The position numbers and the translations under genes are program-made. Shown here one piece after another: positions 50,101 to 61,505 of a stretch of 64,000 bases of DNA. Source of the stretch: Antedon mediterranea (taxonomy: Eukaryota; Animalia; Echinodermata). The DNA is taken from assembly GCF_964355755.1 (NCBI RefSeq), contig NC_092670.1:10712795-10776794 (forward strand). Reading direction: 5' to 3'. Position 1 is the stretch's first letter. Every line of letters begins with the position of its first letter. The notes beneath the pieces are model-generated. The model saw only the letters and a list, made by a program, of their open reading frames with translations. It was not told the origin of the DNA and made no database searches.

Positions 50101-53100
50101 ACTGTATGGGCCTTGGCTATGATACCGGATTTTATAATATAATGGCTTGTCAAGAAAAGCGGTAATCTATTTGGCCTTTGTAATACAAAAAATAGCTATA
50201 TATTAAGCTAAATTAGGCCTAAGACTAAAATATCAACAAACGAAAAGTTATTCACGAAAAATGTTGTACCTGAAAACGTTATTTGCAGTATTAATTTGAA
50301 ATCAGTTTCTTTTATTTCTAACCTAAATAATTTCCAAATATTTTGGTCAAATTCAATTTCCGTTCTTTTATTTGATATTTTTTACATGATTTGCAAATAG
50401 AAATAAAATTTATTGCAAAATTAAAAATACAGAGATATGTGGTCAAGGACCACTTCATTAAATTTTGGAGGCAATCCGGACCACGCTCTTAATTCTGGAC
50501 CACTTTTTAGTATTATTTTCAAATCTTCAGATGTTAAAAGATAAGACAGAATTTTCAAAAGCCGGCAAGCAGTCTAAAAGTAACAAGTAAACTGGAATTG
50601 GATTGTCCAAAAACCTCATTTTTGTACAAGAGGCAAGAGTTATAATTTGTGATTTGTAATTTTAAAACATAATTTTATTTAATGTACAGTTTTTTTGATA
50701 CGAGTAGTTTTAAAAAACCTATTTTTTTACAAATGTATTGAATGCACTAACCTGCAGTTCCTGTGTATCCACTGATTGTCAACTTATAGTTAGAGTCCTC
50801 AGGACCAATGCCAAAGTGAGAATATCTTGCAAACTTCATTTTGTCTAAGTGGTCCCTCATCTCTACTAAGAGCTCAAAACCTCCGTCAGATGTTATACGA
50901 TTGATTTGTTCGTTACCAAGCCAGAACTCTGTGTTCACATTTCCAAAACCCTCTTTGTATTCTAACCAATTACGGTAGAAATCAACTGATCCATCTTGTC
51001 TTCTCTGTATAACCTGATAATGAAATGATCTATACTCTAAAGACTTACTAAAACATTGATGGCAAGCCCATCAACTGGAGTAAATGGAAATAAATGAATT
51101 AAGAACCTGACCACTAATATTACGATGAAGGTACCATGTGTAAACTTGTGTATTTAACATTAATATAATGAACGCCGAACACTTGGACAGTAATCCGTGG
51201 ATTAGCTTACCACTTGCGTGAACCACGCCAGTCTTGTGCCGTACATGTGAACGTACCCTTAGCAGGGAGTTGTACTCCCTGCCCTTAGTAAGCTCTGCCA
51301 AGGCTTTTGGAATTGCACTTGCTGATATCTTTGAATAGGTTGGCCTATACTTACCGTCCAACCTCCATCTTTTCTCATGTCACAGTATACAATTAACCGT
51401 GGACCTCCATCAATTTGCCGTATCACATATTCACCACTCACAGCATAAGGATAATGTTGTAAAATGTCACCACAGTCCCTCATAAAACACTCTAAAATTG
51501 CACAGTTGGCATTGGCATTACACGATCACATTTTGTTTTGAATACGCAATATTTCAACATAAATTGTGAAGGTTTTATTCAGTGATGTAGCCACAAGAAA
51601 TAAAGTGGTGCGGTTGTTGCAAGAAAAAGGAACACTCCCATGTGCAGCCCATGGTTGTCAAAGGCCTGTGGTGAAAAAGTGGTCAGTTTGAAACCGTACC
51701 TACCTGCCCTGTTATTTCAAAGTATTTTTTAACAAAAAGGTTGTTAATAATGTTAGCATAAAATTCATTTTTTTAAAAGAGGATTTAATTTAAGTTTTTT
51801 CAACTTGTTTGCATTGTCGTGAGATGTTTTCCAAGTGATTGTACTAACGTTCTTGTGACCAATGAATCATTCATTCATAGAAAGTACTGATGTAGAAGTC
51901 GGCGACTCTACAATGGACCAGAGACCTGAGTTGTATATTTTTTTTGTCTCCATTTTTCGTTTAAATACTTTACTTACTTGGAGGAATTGGTAGACACACG
52001 TCATCCTGACATGAGTGAAAGGTAGCCAGTACAGCTAACATACAGCAGATCATGAATGCTTTAGAATACGTTTTACGCCGTGGTTAGGATTCCGGTACCG
52101 GAACTCAACTTCCCACCGTTATGGAATCCGACACGCTATTGCGCATGCCCAGAGCGAAGTAATTATAGCTTGCACTAGTGCCACAGACCGCGCACCACAT
52201 TACCCGAGAGTCGGAGTGTTAACTAGGGATGTACTGTGTAGCCAAAGATAGTGTCACTATCTTTGTTGTGGCCTAGTTAGTCGTCGCGCAGGGGAGAGAG
52301 CGATGGATGAAACTTGGCCTAGGCCATACATGAATTAATAATTACGCCACGCGTTAAAATAATTATTATGATATGCGTATTTCAAGAAATGTACGAAAAT
52401 GAATAGCGTAGCGTTGCGAAACCGACTTCTTCCGAACAGTTTTTTTTTCACATCCGCCCGGCGGCTGCTGTCAACAAATCAACTTGTATACGATTGCATG
52501 ATGTTATGTACAGTATATAAGTGCGTTATATAAAATCTTTTATTTTGTACTTGAAAAATCATAAAAATTTAAACTAGTCATGTAATTATAATTCATAATT
52601 ATATAAAGTTTATATATGAATTAAGCAACGACTTTTTTAATTACGAAATAAATAGGCCCAATGGTCACATCTAGCTGGTAGGCCTACTAGTATTAGTAGG
52701 CATGTAGGCCGGCTAGTTCGCCGTGGCGCAGCTATTAAAATGATCGATCGCTGTAAAGCTTGGTTCCCACTAGAACGTAACGCAAGTGTTTTAACCAATG
52801 ACAAGCGAAGTTATAGACAGTTAGCAATCACAAGCGAATAAGCCATCGCTTGTGATTGGTCAATTCACTTGCGTTACGTCCTTGTGTCGATAGTGGGAAC
52901 CACGCTTTAGTCTGTAGACAAAAATAGAGTCGCTGATTACCTCGCTCTGGGCATGCGCAATAGCGTGTCGGATTCCCTAACGCTGGGCAGTTGAGTTCCG
53001 GTGCCGGAATCCTAACCACGGCGTACATTTTATGTTACATTTCTTGAAAGCTCACTAAATACAATTGACAGGTTATTTTCATTTAACTAGATTAGAAAAG

Positions 53101-56100
53101 TATGCAGTCAAACGACAAGTATTATGTTGTATTTTCACCTGATCTACCTTGCAGTGTATTAGAAATCGCCAAGTTTCTAGCCATAGGCAAGTTACTATCA
53201 CATGTCTAATAGAGTCACTTGCTAATGAAGTTACTTGTCTATAGAGTGGCTGGCCAAGGAGTCGCCAACCTAGCCCACGGAGTGACTAGCCTATACAGCC
53301 ACTAGCCTGGAGTCACTGGTATAATAATAGATACCTACACTCATATTGTGTAAATAATTGATTGATTGAAAGCACAAGCTTAGAGAAATTGTGAAATTTT
53401 AGGGGCTCTTCAATCTCAAACATAAACTGTAAAATTAATTAAAATTTGAAGACATCATCAACTTCCCTATCAATTTAAATTGAAAGAATGTAATTCTTAC
53501 AACTATAATTCAATGTCTTTTACACCTCAACTGAATGATGAAGCGATTGTCTCAGATCTCACAGTGCAATATTGGAACACCTCTCTTATTTAGAGATTGA
53601 TTGGAGAACAACCCACATGTTTTCAAACCACACCCTTTCAACTAAAAGGTTTATAATAGGATTTCTCATGTAATCTCAATGTTACAAATTACATTATACT
53701 GAACAATATTTGAATATTGTATATATTTGGATATTTGTTGATAATTTTTTCAGCTAATTGATTCGTGAATGATCTGAAAAACTTTGTAATTTGCTATTTG
53801 TAAACACTCAAGATAGAATTTGCTTTGTTGGGTCTTTTTAATTTGTTTAGCTAATTTGTTCGTGAATGAGATTTAAAAACACTTTTGCTTTATCAAGCTT
53901 CATTTTAATTAATGTGAATGAATTCCTAGTTATCTATCTCTTTCTCCTAGTGTCTCTGTTCCTATTTGTCCATATGGCCCAGTGTTATGAATATCAACAT
54001 TAATTAACACAGAAACACTCTCATGCATTTACTTCGTTATATTTATTAGCTTATGTACAAAATGTTTTGTGTAGCTTTGTACGCCAGTCTGTGTTTCTGA
54101 TCACATAGTAGCCTACATTTGTAATTAAGTGAGAGAAGATGTGCCTAACTCTTGTATTTATTTATTTTTACTTTAGTTATGCTGTTAAGTGTTGTTTTGT
54201 CTCATATTTGATCAATTGATAATTTTCAAAATAAAATCCATTTTACATACTTGTTTATTTGCCATAATAAATACTATTTTTAAAGTTCATTAATTTTTAC
54301 AATTATGAAAGTATTAACATTTCAATTGATACTTTGGAAAAAAAAGTGACCAATAAAGAAATTAAATCTAATAATAGCAATAGCATATTTCTAGGTAACT
54401 TTGATTGTTATATTCTATAGGCATTCTCACCTTTAAATGGCTGACCAGTAAAAATATTAAAAATAGAAGTTTAATTTTATATTGTTCTTTGTTGTTGTTC
54501 TTTTAGGCTTGAAGCTTCTTGGATAAGGACTATAAACCATAGGTCCAGTGTACACAACTTGCTCGTGTGCACTTTAAAGAACCTAGTACATCTTTCGAGA
54601 CGAGTAGGGGGTTACCCCGGTGTATTAGTACATCACAGCCACTGATTACCAACTGGGCCCTCTGGGAGACCAGTCTTTGACTGAAGAGGTTAGCCAGTAT
54701 AAATATATATTTCAATCAAGCCTACATATCACATGTTAAATGTTTAAAAAATAAGCATTATTATACTGTAATTGTGGGTGTCTTCCATTGTGTCCTAACC
54801 AGCTGGTTTATACTGAGATATTTCAAAGTAAGTTATAATAAGTTCTAAACTTACTTATATAATAATTTTAGTAGTATTTTTTTTTTTTCAAAAGTCAATT
54901 TGTGCTGTATTTTGACAATTGTACGGCCATGGAAAACCCTTTTTGTGAAGTAACTTATGTCATTTGAAGTGTACAGAGGTCATAATTGATTTGTCTCTAG
55001 TTTTTTTCCAAGCATAGTTTATTCCATTTCCTTGTGACAATGTGGCAGCACTAAAAAAATAATTCAATATTCCAATATTCTCTTTTATTATATTATATGG
55101 TGATGATATTGTTCAACAAAGTGCTTATTTTGTATCCCATTCCATTCCATCATTGTATTGTATTTGTATATGTTTTGTTTTATTTTGGAATAAAAATGTT
55201 TATGATTGATTGATTGAAAATAAATGATTATTGTCCCATACCGAATTACCTCTTTCAATCTCTTTTAGAAGACTGTTTATACAATACAGAACAACAGTTA
55301 TTTAAACAGCTACAACGATTCTGCAGAACACCAAATATTGTACGTAACTATGACAGAAGTACACTGAATGAAATCACTGCAAAATGTAGCTGAACATCTC
55401 TCAAGCAACAATATCTATCAGTGCTTTCAAGTCAAGAATCATAATGGTGTATCACAATTTTCAAGATACGTAATTGGCTTGAATGGTAAATGAACTTATA
55501 ATATTTATAATAAGAATTTAGTTGAAATGCGCTGATACTGCGATATGAATGTTTATATTAACATTTTGATTACTTGAATACTGCCATATAGCCAATGACT
55601 GCTCTACTAGGCAAAAAAACATGTTAAATGGCTTTAAAATAGCTCGCATTTTAATTTCTAAATGCTCCAGCATGTCAGTTGTGGAAAAATATCCAGTCAT
55701 CAAAGTGTTGGTAAATGGCTCTTTGGAGAAATTAACAATAAACAAAATGGTTGGCGAAAGATCCAACTTCAAGAATAGATCTCTGAAAGGTCATATATTT
55801 CATTGGGATCATCCATAATCAAATGAGGATTACTATCAAGTATAGATAGAAGGCAATGTTGTTGTATCAATGCCAATCTTTTTTTATTTATTTTACAGTG
55901 TGTTGTAATGTGTTTTGAATAGTTTGATTATTTCATTAGGTTTTTGAATCCTTAATTGAGAAAATATGGGTCGCGATTTATTATCAATTATACACTGATC
56001 TAAGATGTGAATGTTCTCAGTTTTGTAGAATCTACAAAACTGATACTTTAAATCTACAGATTTTCTCTGTGTTGAAGCGAGTAGCGCACCGACACAATTG

Positions 56101-58635
56101 GGAATCAACGACGGGGCAATGGCCGCTTTTGACACATCGTTAATATATACAAGTGAGGAATCCTATGACATGGATTTACCTACCAACTGGTTCTACGGAT
56201 TCTGTAGTTTGCAAAAGAGTATGTAACTTAACTGAAAAACAGTGAACTTTGATGTACCGGCAGTGGGAACTTTACAATGAACATTGAGTAGAAGAAAGTC
56301 CAGCCCAAATGATGTTATACTCATAGTATTATTCAGGTCCTAGCCAGGGGAAAATTTATGGTTCGGGAGAACCCCTTGACGTTAGCATTGAACGCAATTT
56401 AAGCTATCCTTAGTCGCTTGTGTTTACCTGTGAAAAAAGTATGCTACAATCAAAATGTTATTTGCAAGTGTGCTATTATTATCATTTTCGGCCAACTAGT
56501 GGTGCCATTTATCATGATTTTACGTGCAAGATTACCATTTCCGGTCATCTAGGATTGTCATTAAACAAAATTCGCTTTGCTACAGGCCCCACTACATGAA
56601 AAATGAAAGTTTTTCTTAAATTTACTTTCACCTTGACCTTGAAAAATACATCAACATTCATCTTGTGTTGCTTATGTCAGTAATTTCTTTGATCAAAATC
56701 AATATATTAAGATATATAATATGTAGCCCTACATTCATTGTAAGTTTTTATTTCATTTTTAATCATTTCAAAACAAGATTCAACACATCATTTAACAACT
56801 GCAGTGAATATATATTATTTAAAATACTCCTAAAATTTGATTAAACTACTAATTATCATTAATGAAAATATAAGAAATACTGATTTATGATTAGATATCA
56901 ATTTGATTTTATTGATAATTAAAAGCAATGAATAATAGTAATGTTATTTTTGAATAAATTGAAATAATAATAAAATCGATAATTTTATAAAATAAATTTA
57001 AACAAATCACATTTTTGGAAATATTATTTGACTATTAATTTTATAACATTTTGAATAAATAACTAGCTTTTATTATAATAAATTAATAATTTAATGATAA
57101 AGCAAAATGATATTTAAAAGAAACAAAGAGGAATCTTTGTTATTCCTATTACTATTATTATTCATAAGTCAAATTATTCAATAATTACAGATTCTAATTT
57201 CTTTTATGCTGCTCTCTTAACTATCATAACTGTTGTTTTATTTTTAATATTTTGATAGCAAGTCCGGCCTAGGCAGGCAGGAATTCAACGTGAATATGGA
57301 ACCAATAGATAGATAGAAAGTTTCAATTTTTTCTCAAGTTCTTTAGTGCAGATCAATTGTCAAAAAAAAAGTGAAAATTATTATGTGCAAAAGGAAATGT
57401 CTCTAAAAAAATGTTCAGCTCTAATAAGCAAATAAGTTTAGCGGTAGGATTGCAACAATTAGGCCTATTCACAGAGTGAAGCATTACATTTGTTGATACA
57501 AACAATTTCCTAGGCAGAATTAATAGCAACAAAATATACCCATCAATGATGATGTGAATATCCATATAAAAAATACTGTTTTTATTTAATAAAGGAGTTT
57601 GCAAAGTTGTATACTTACGCTTTTTGACCAGGACCTAAAGGAAAATGAAATAAAGTATAGTAGTAGTTCAACATTTATTTATTTCTATCAATGGTACAAT
57701 GATAAGAAATCATATAAAAACATTGTAATATTAAACAATAGGCCTACAACAATATCATATCTTGCAAGAAGAAATTACTTGAAGGAAATGTAATGAAATT
57801 GTTAGCCCCATCAGTTTGAAGTCACGCCCACTATGTAGTTGCATATCAACGCAAGATTAGACGTAATTATGGTCCTTGTATGTAAAAATGTAAAACTTTT
57901 ACCAATACATTATTCATTTTATTGCCAATATATTCAGTTTTTCTGTGATTCTTAATACATTATTTTTATTTACTAAATTATTTACTAAATAAAGTTAGCT
58001 GTTTCAGGTCAATCTATAAACATAAAACACGCTATCAATTTAATGTATTGAACCCGAGATAAAATAACAAGCTGAACAAACAATTCTGAAAATTTGTAAA
58101 CTTTAAACTCAATTTTATAATTACATTAGATAGCACAATCAAACTAAATCGTACCAATTAGTCAATTAAAAAAAATTGGATCTAAATTTGACTGGTAACA
58201 GATTTACAAACTTTTGAAGGCCTAATAGAAACACCTGTACATGCATCTATTGAACTAATTTTTGTTTTTGTTGAAACATATTAAAACACATTAAAGTTGT
58301 TCATTTCATGAGTACTCAATTAATCAGTTGATGCTCAGAACATCACTCACCTGATTAATGTGATTCAAATGAGACGCTTGAATGTTGTTGTTTTCAACTG
58401 ATGTTTCTTCCAGTATTTTTTTACTGATTTGACAAACACGATATTTCTGGTTATAGTTGACCGACAAGCAATATAATTTCTCGGAACATTCCAGCAAACA
58501 ATTTACACGGCTTATATTCTTCAACTCGTAACTCCAACCATCAAGAGCCTGGCCTCGTATAACTGTATAAAATGAATTGGTCGAAAGAACACTGACGACA
58601 AAGGGCAGAAGAAAGACAATCAAAATAGTATGCAT
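43908..58635 (-). CDS. Gene C: secreted PAN/apple-like + fibrinogen C-terminal domain protein (FReD / ficolin-like lectin), 5 exons, 320 aa
   Basis: Exons 58635-58351, 52005-51978, 51491-51355, 51013-50752 and 44158-43908, all GT-AG, intron phases 0,1,0,1, total 963 nt open to TAA. Hydrophobic signal peptide MHTILIVFLLPFVVSVLS; PAN-like CLLEC...CLSVNY...C; FBG motifs [58 protein letters not shown], GAWW...C..SNLNG.Y. Confidence 0.88.
45610..46560 (+). mobile_element. Degenerate L2/CR1-group LINE RT fragment
   Basis: LDIQKAFDTVNH, GVPQGSILGPL, LHLDKTESI, HFDYAC..W across frameshifts. Confidence 0.8.
46560..46950 (+). mobile_element. LINE ORF1 fragment (L1-type RRM-like region)
   Basis: IERAHRDG....KPRHIIARFLSY..K motif followed by IIDDLT. 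Confidence 0.7.
47325..49040 (+). mobile_element. Duplicate of the same L2/CR1-group LINE in intron 4 of gene C
   Basis: ORF 47147..48685 is nearly identical to ORF 103..1641 and has the same lesions. Confidence 0.9.
49073..49575. repeat. 50-bp minisatellite, ~10 copies
   Basis: Duplicate of 2028-2530. Confidence 0.95.
50752..51013 (-). CDS. Gene C exon 4 (FBG middle)
   Basis: tatcag|GTT ATA CAG ... GCA G|gttagt; [12 protein letters not shown]...GYTGTA. Confidence 0.92.
51355..51491 (-). CDS. Gene C exon 3 (FBG N-terminal part)
   Basis: ttttag|AG TGT TTT ATG ... TGG ACG|gtaagt; CFMRDCGDILQ...VYCDMRKDGGWT. Confidence 0.9.
51978..52005 (-). CDS. Gene C exon 2: 28-nt micro-exon (DDVCLPIPP)
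   Basis: ctttcactcatgtcag|GAT...CCA A|gtaagt; converts phase 0 to the phase 1 needed by exon 3. Confidence 0.7.
58351..58635 (-). CDS. Gene C exon 1: signal peptide + PAN/apple-like domain
   Basis: ATG at 58635, 95 codons, ends at CAG|GTGAGT donor (phase 0). Confidence 0.85.
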
Positions 58636-61119
58636 TGCGACGTTTTAGAAATGTGTTTCTGTACAGTTTTGGTGTCAATGAATTTCTTAGTTTATACTAA
58701 TATGAACTGTTCCATCATCCAACCACTTCAATAGACAACTCAGTGCACCAATCAAAACGGTGATAGTAATATATGATTTACATAATAATGTATGAACAAA
58801 AATTAAGAATATAGAAGATACATTCATTGCATTTTTAAAAATAAATTTGGTGATATTGAGCTTCATGTGTCTAGGTAGGCTTCAACTTCATCGTTATGAG
58901 TTCTCACAATCATCATGTAGATTATTATGGAAATAATTCAGCAACAATGTCGTGTGAATAAAATATTGTCCCTGTAGTGAAATATACTTAATACATTCAT
59001 TCATTTTAAAGTACTGTATATGCATTTAATTTACCATTTAATATGTACCTCTGTTGTAATAAAATCACAGCCATGCTTTAAAGCTAACATAATTAAAACA
59101 ATAATGAAAATATTAACAATCATATATCAACAAAACGATTTTTACAGAATGATCCACAAAGATATTCGGGAGTTATCCATGTTGAACACCCTTTAATGAC
59201 CTAATATATGTACGTTATCCATTACATTTGTTGTCGTTCTCCAGCTCTGTAATTTTGATTCCAATATTTACAGTTACATTTTCTATGGTTACATCGTTAT
59301 TGTACAAATCTAATTAATTTTCAAAGAAAAGTAAAGAATTTATCATGTCATGTATAATAATAATAATAATCAACCACCTTCTGAAAATGATTAATACGGC
59401 GCTTTATTAAAAGTGTTCATTGTATCATTAACTCATAAGATTATTGTTGAATATGTATTATAGTTATGTATTCTGAGATCGTACAAGGTCGCAAAATATA
59501 ATACTGTATTTGGGTGTATTATGCTGTGAAAAGTACTGCAATTGTGTAATTCTAATCAAAATTAGTTTAATTATTGAAAACATACCTTTTGCATAGAATA
59601 ATAGCATTTGTAAATTTAGTGTCTTTGAGAAATTAAATTGGATGGTGTTGCAATAATTCATTTTTCATAATTATGTTGTTTGCATACATCTTTAAAACAC
59701 ACTTTTTTAATTAAATACTATAGATATTACTATTTTTTATATATATTTAACTGCAAAGTAAATAATACAAATTCATGTTTGGAGACCAAAAAGAAGTTCT
59801 AACCATGAAAAGTATAAAGTATTTGCGATAATTTGTAGAAAGTTTCGAAATAACCCATAAAAAATCACCCAGCACTTAGTACAGTAGGTAATTCAGATCT
59901 TTCTTTCTTCTGTTCGATTTTACTGTATGCAATTTCATTGACGGATTTGAGGATTAATAAATGGGGAAGGTGTGCTTAAAAATTGTGAACTTAAAGGATT
60001 AACTTAATAATAGTATACTTTTCCATTGCAGTTTCCCAAATTTAGAAGGGGTCTAGACGGGTGAGGAACAATTTAAAAAATAAGAAAATGTCAGTTTAAC
60101 TCTGGACGTATGCAATATTTGGTGGTGGGAAGTGCAAACGAGTCTCCACAACATCAAGCACACTTGTTGGAGCTGAGGTATGAAAATTGTGAAAATATAA
60201 ACCTGGAATTGCTCCCTATAAACGTATGGATACTATACAAATTGCAGAAAACAATTCAAACCGCGCAGTTTACTTCAGCTGGTTGCGTTTCTGTTCCTTT
60301 TAAAATAACAAACTGATGGTCTATCGAAAATCTTGTACATCTTTGTACACACTGCGCAAGATCATTCCGCAACATAAAGGGATTGCTTCTGAATGTTCGA
60401 CTGACACACACACACACAGATACCAACCTAGCTAGTCTTCATCAGACACGGTGGATAGCAAAAGAAGAACGTATTCCAGATCGTGCATAATAGCATACAG
60501 TATTTTGATCCGATGATGTGCTTTCAGTTTTAAATAAAATATTGATAATTCTGTGTTATTCTGTGAGGAATACGTAGAAGTGTGATTTCAGGGCTAGATC
60601 ATGTGGTTGGATGAAATATGATTGACCATTTGTCTAGCCAACCAAGAATTCAGGTTAAGAGCTGTGAATTATCAAATAAATAGTTAAACTTTTGTGATAA
60701 TTTTGTATTTGGCCATTTTATTTCTGTTACACATATTTGTTTTATGTACATTTAACCATATATTATTTGAGCTTAAAAAATCAATCACTAATGTAACAGT
60801 TTCTTTAAGCACTAACAAAACAAACTTCATTAACCACTAATGTAACACTAATATAAATTTAACCACTAACGTACAGTAGAAAATGTTGAGATATGTTTGG
60901 ACTTAAATATTCTGTATTTTTTTGCGGAAAAATTCTTTTAAGTTGGAAATCTTTTTTGTTCAAGTTCAATTTTAATCCTGTGTGTTTTTTACAAACCTAT
61001 GTTTAAATTTGTGCAAATACATCTCTTTACTTAGCTATCAGTCTCCACCTTTCGTAAAGCGACCGACTTTAAAAAACAGCCATCTCGTAAGTAACCACCT
61101 CCTTAAAACGACCATATAT

Positions 61120-61311
61120 CGATATGATGCCAGTGTTATTATAATTATGTACCTGGTGTAAGATAAAGGCTATTCAGGTTTGAACGATAACAGTTATTGT
61201 ACCACCAAGCACCTTTGTATTGCTCAGCACAGTTACTACTGCATTTCTTATCATTGCCTCTGTTGTATGTTGTAAATTGTTTACCATTGTGAATTGATGC
61301 CAAAGAATCAC
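61120..61311 (-). pseudogene. Gene D last exon, frameshifted and 3'-truncated; upstream exons presumably beyond the window
   Basis: Same sequence as 19905-20095 but keeps the native intron acceptor context (ttgtttgtttag) seen in genes B and C. Confidence 0.78.
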
Positions 61312-61505
61312 CTAAACAAACAAAACATATCATCTTTAGTTTACTGCATACATGCAGTTTTTTTAATACAATTGTTTTATTTAAACATGTAAAAAATTAA
61401 TATATGCTATGTAAAATGATGCATACCTAATGAGTGTTTTGATTTATTTATGCTTTTTGAGATTCACATCCTGTTTTAGGAGATTTTTTAATTAATCTTG
61501 TACAA

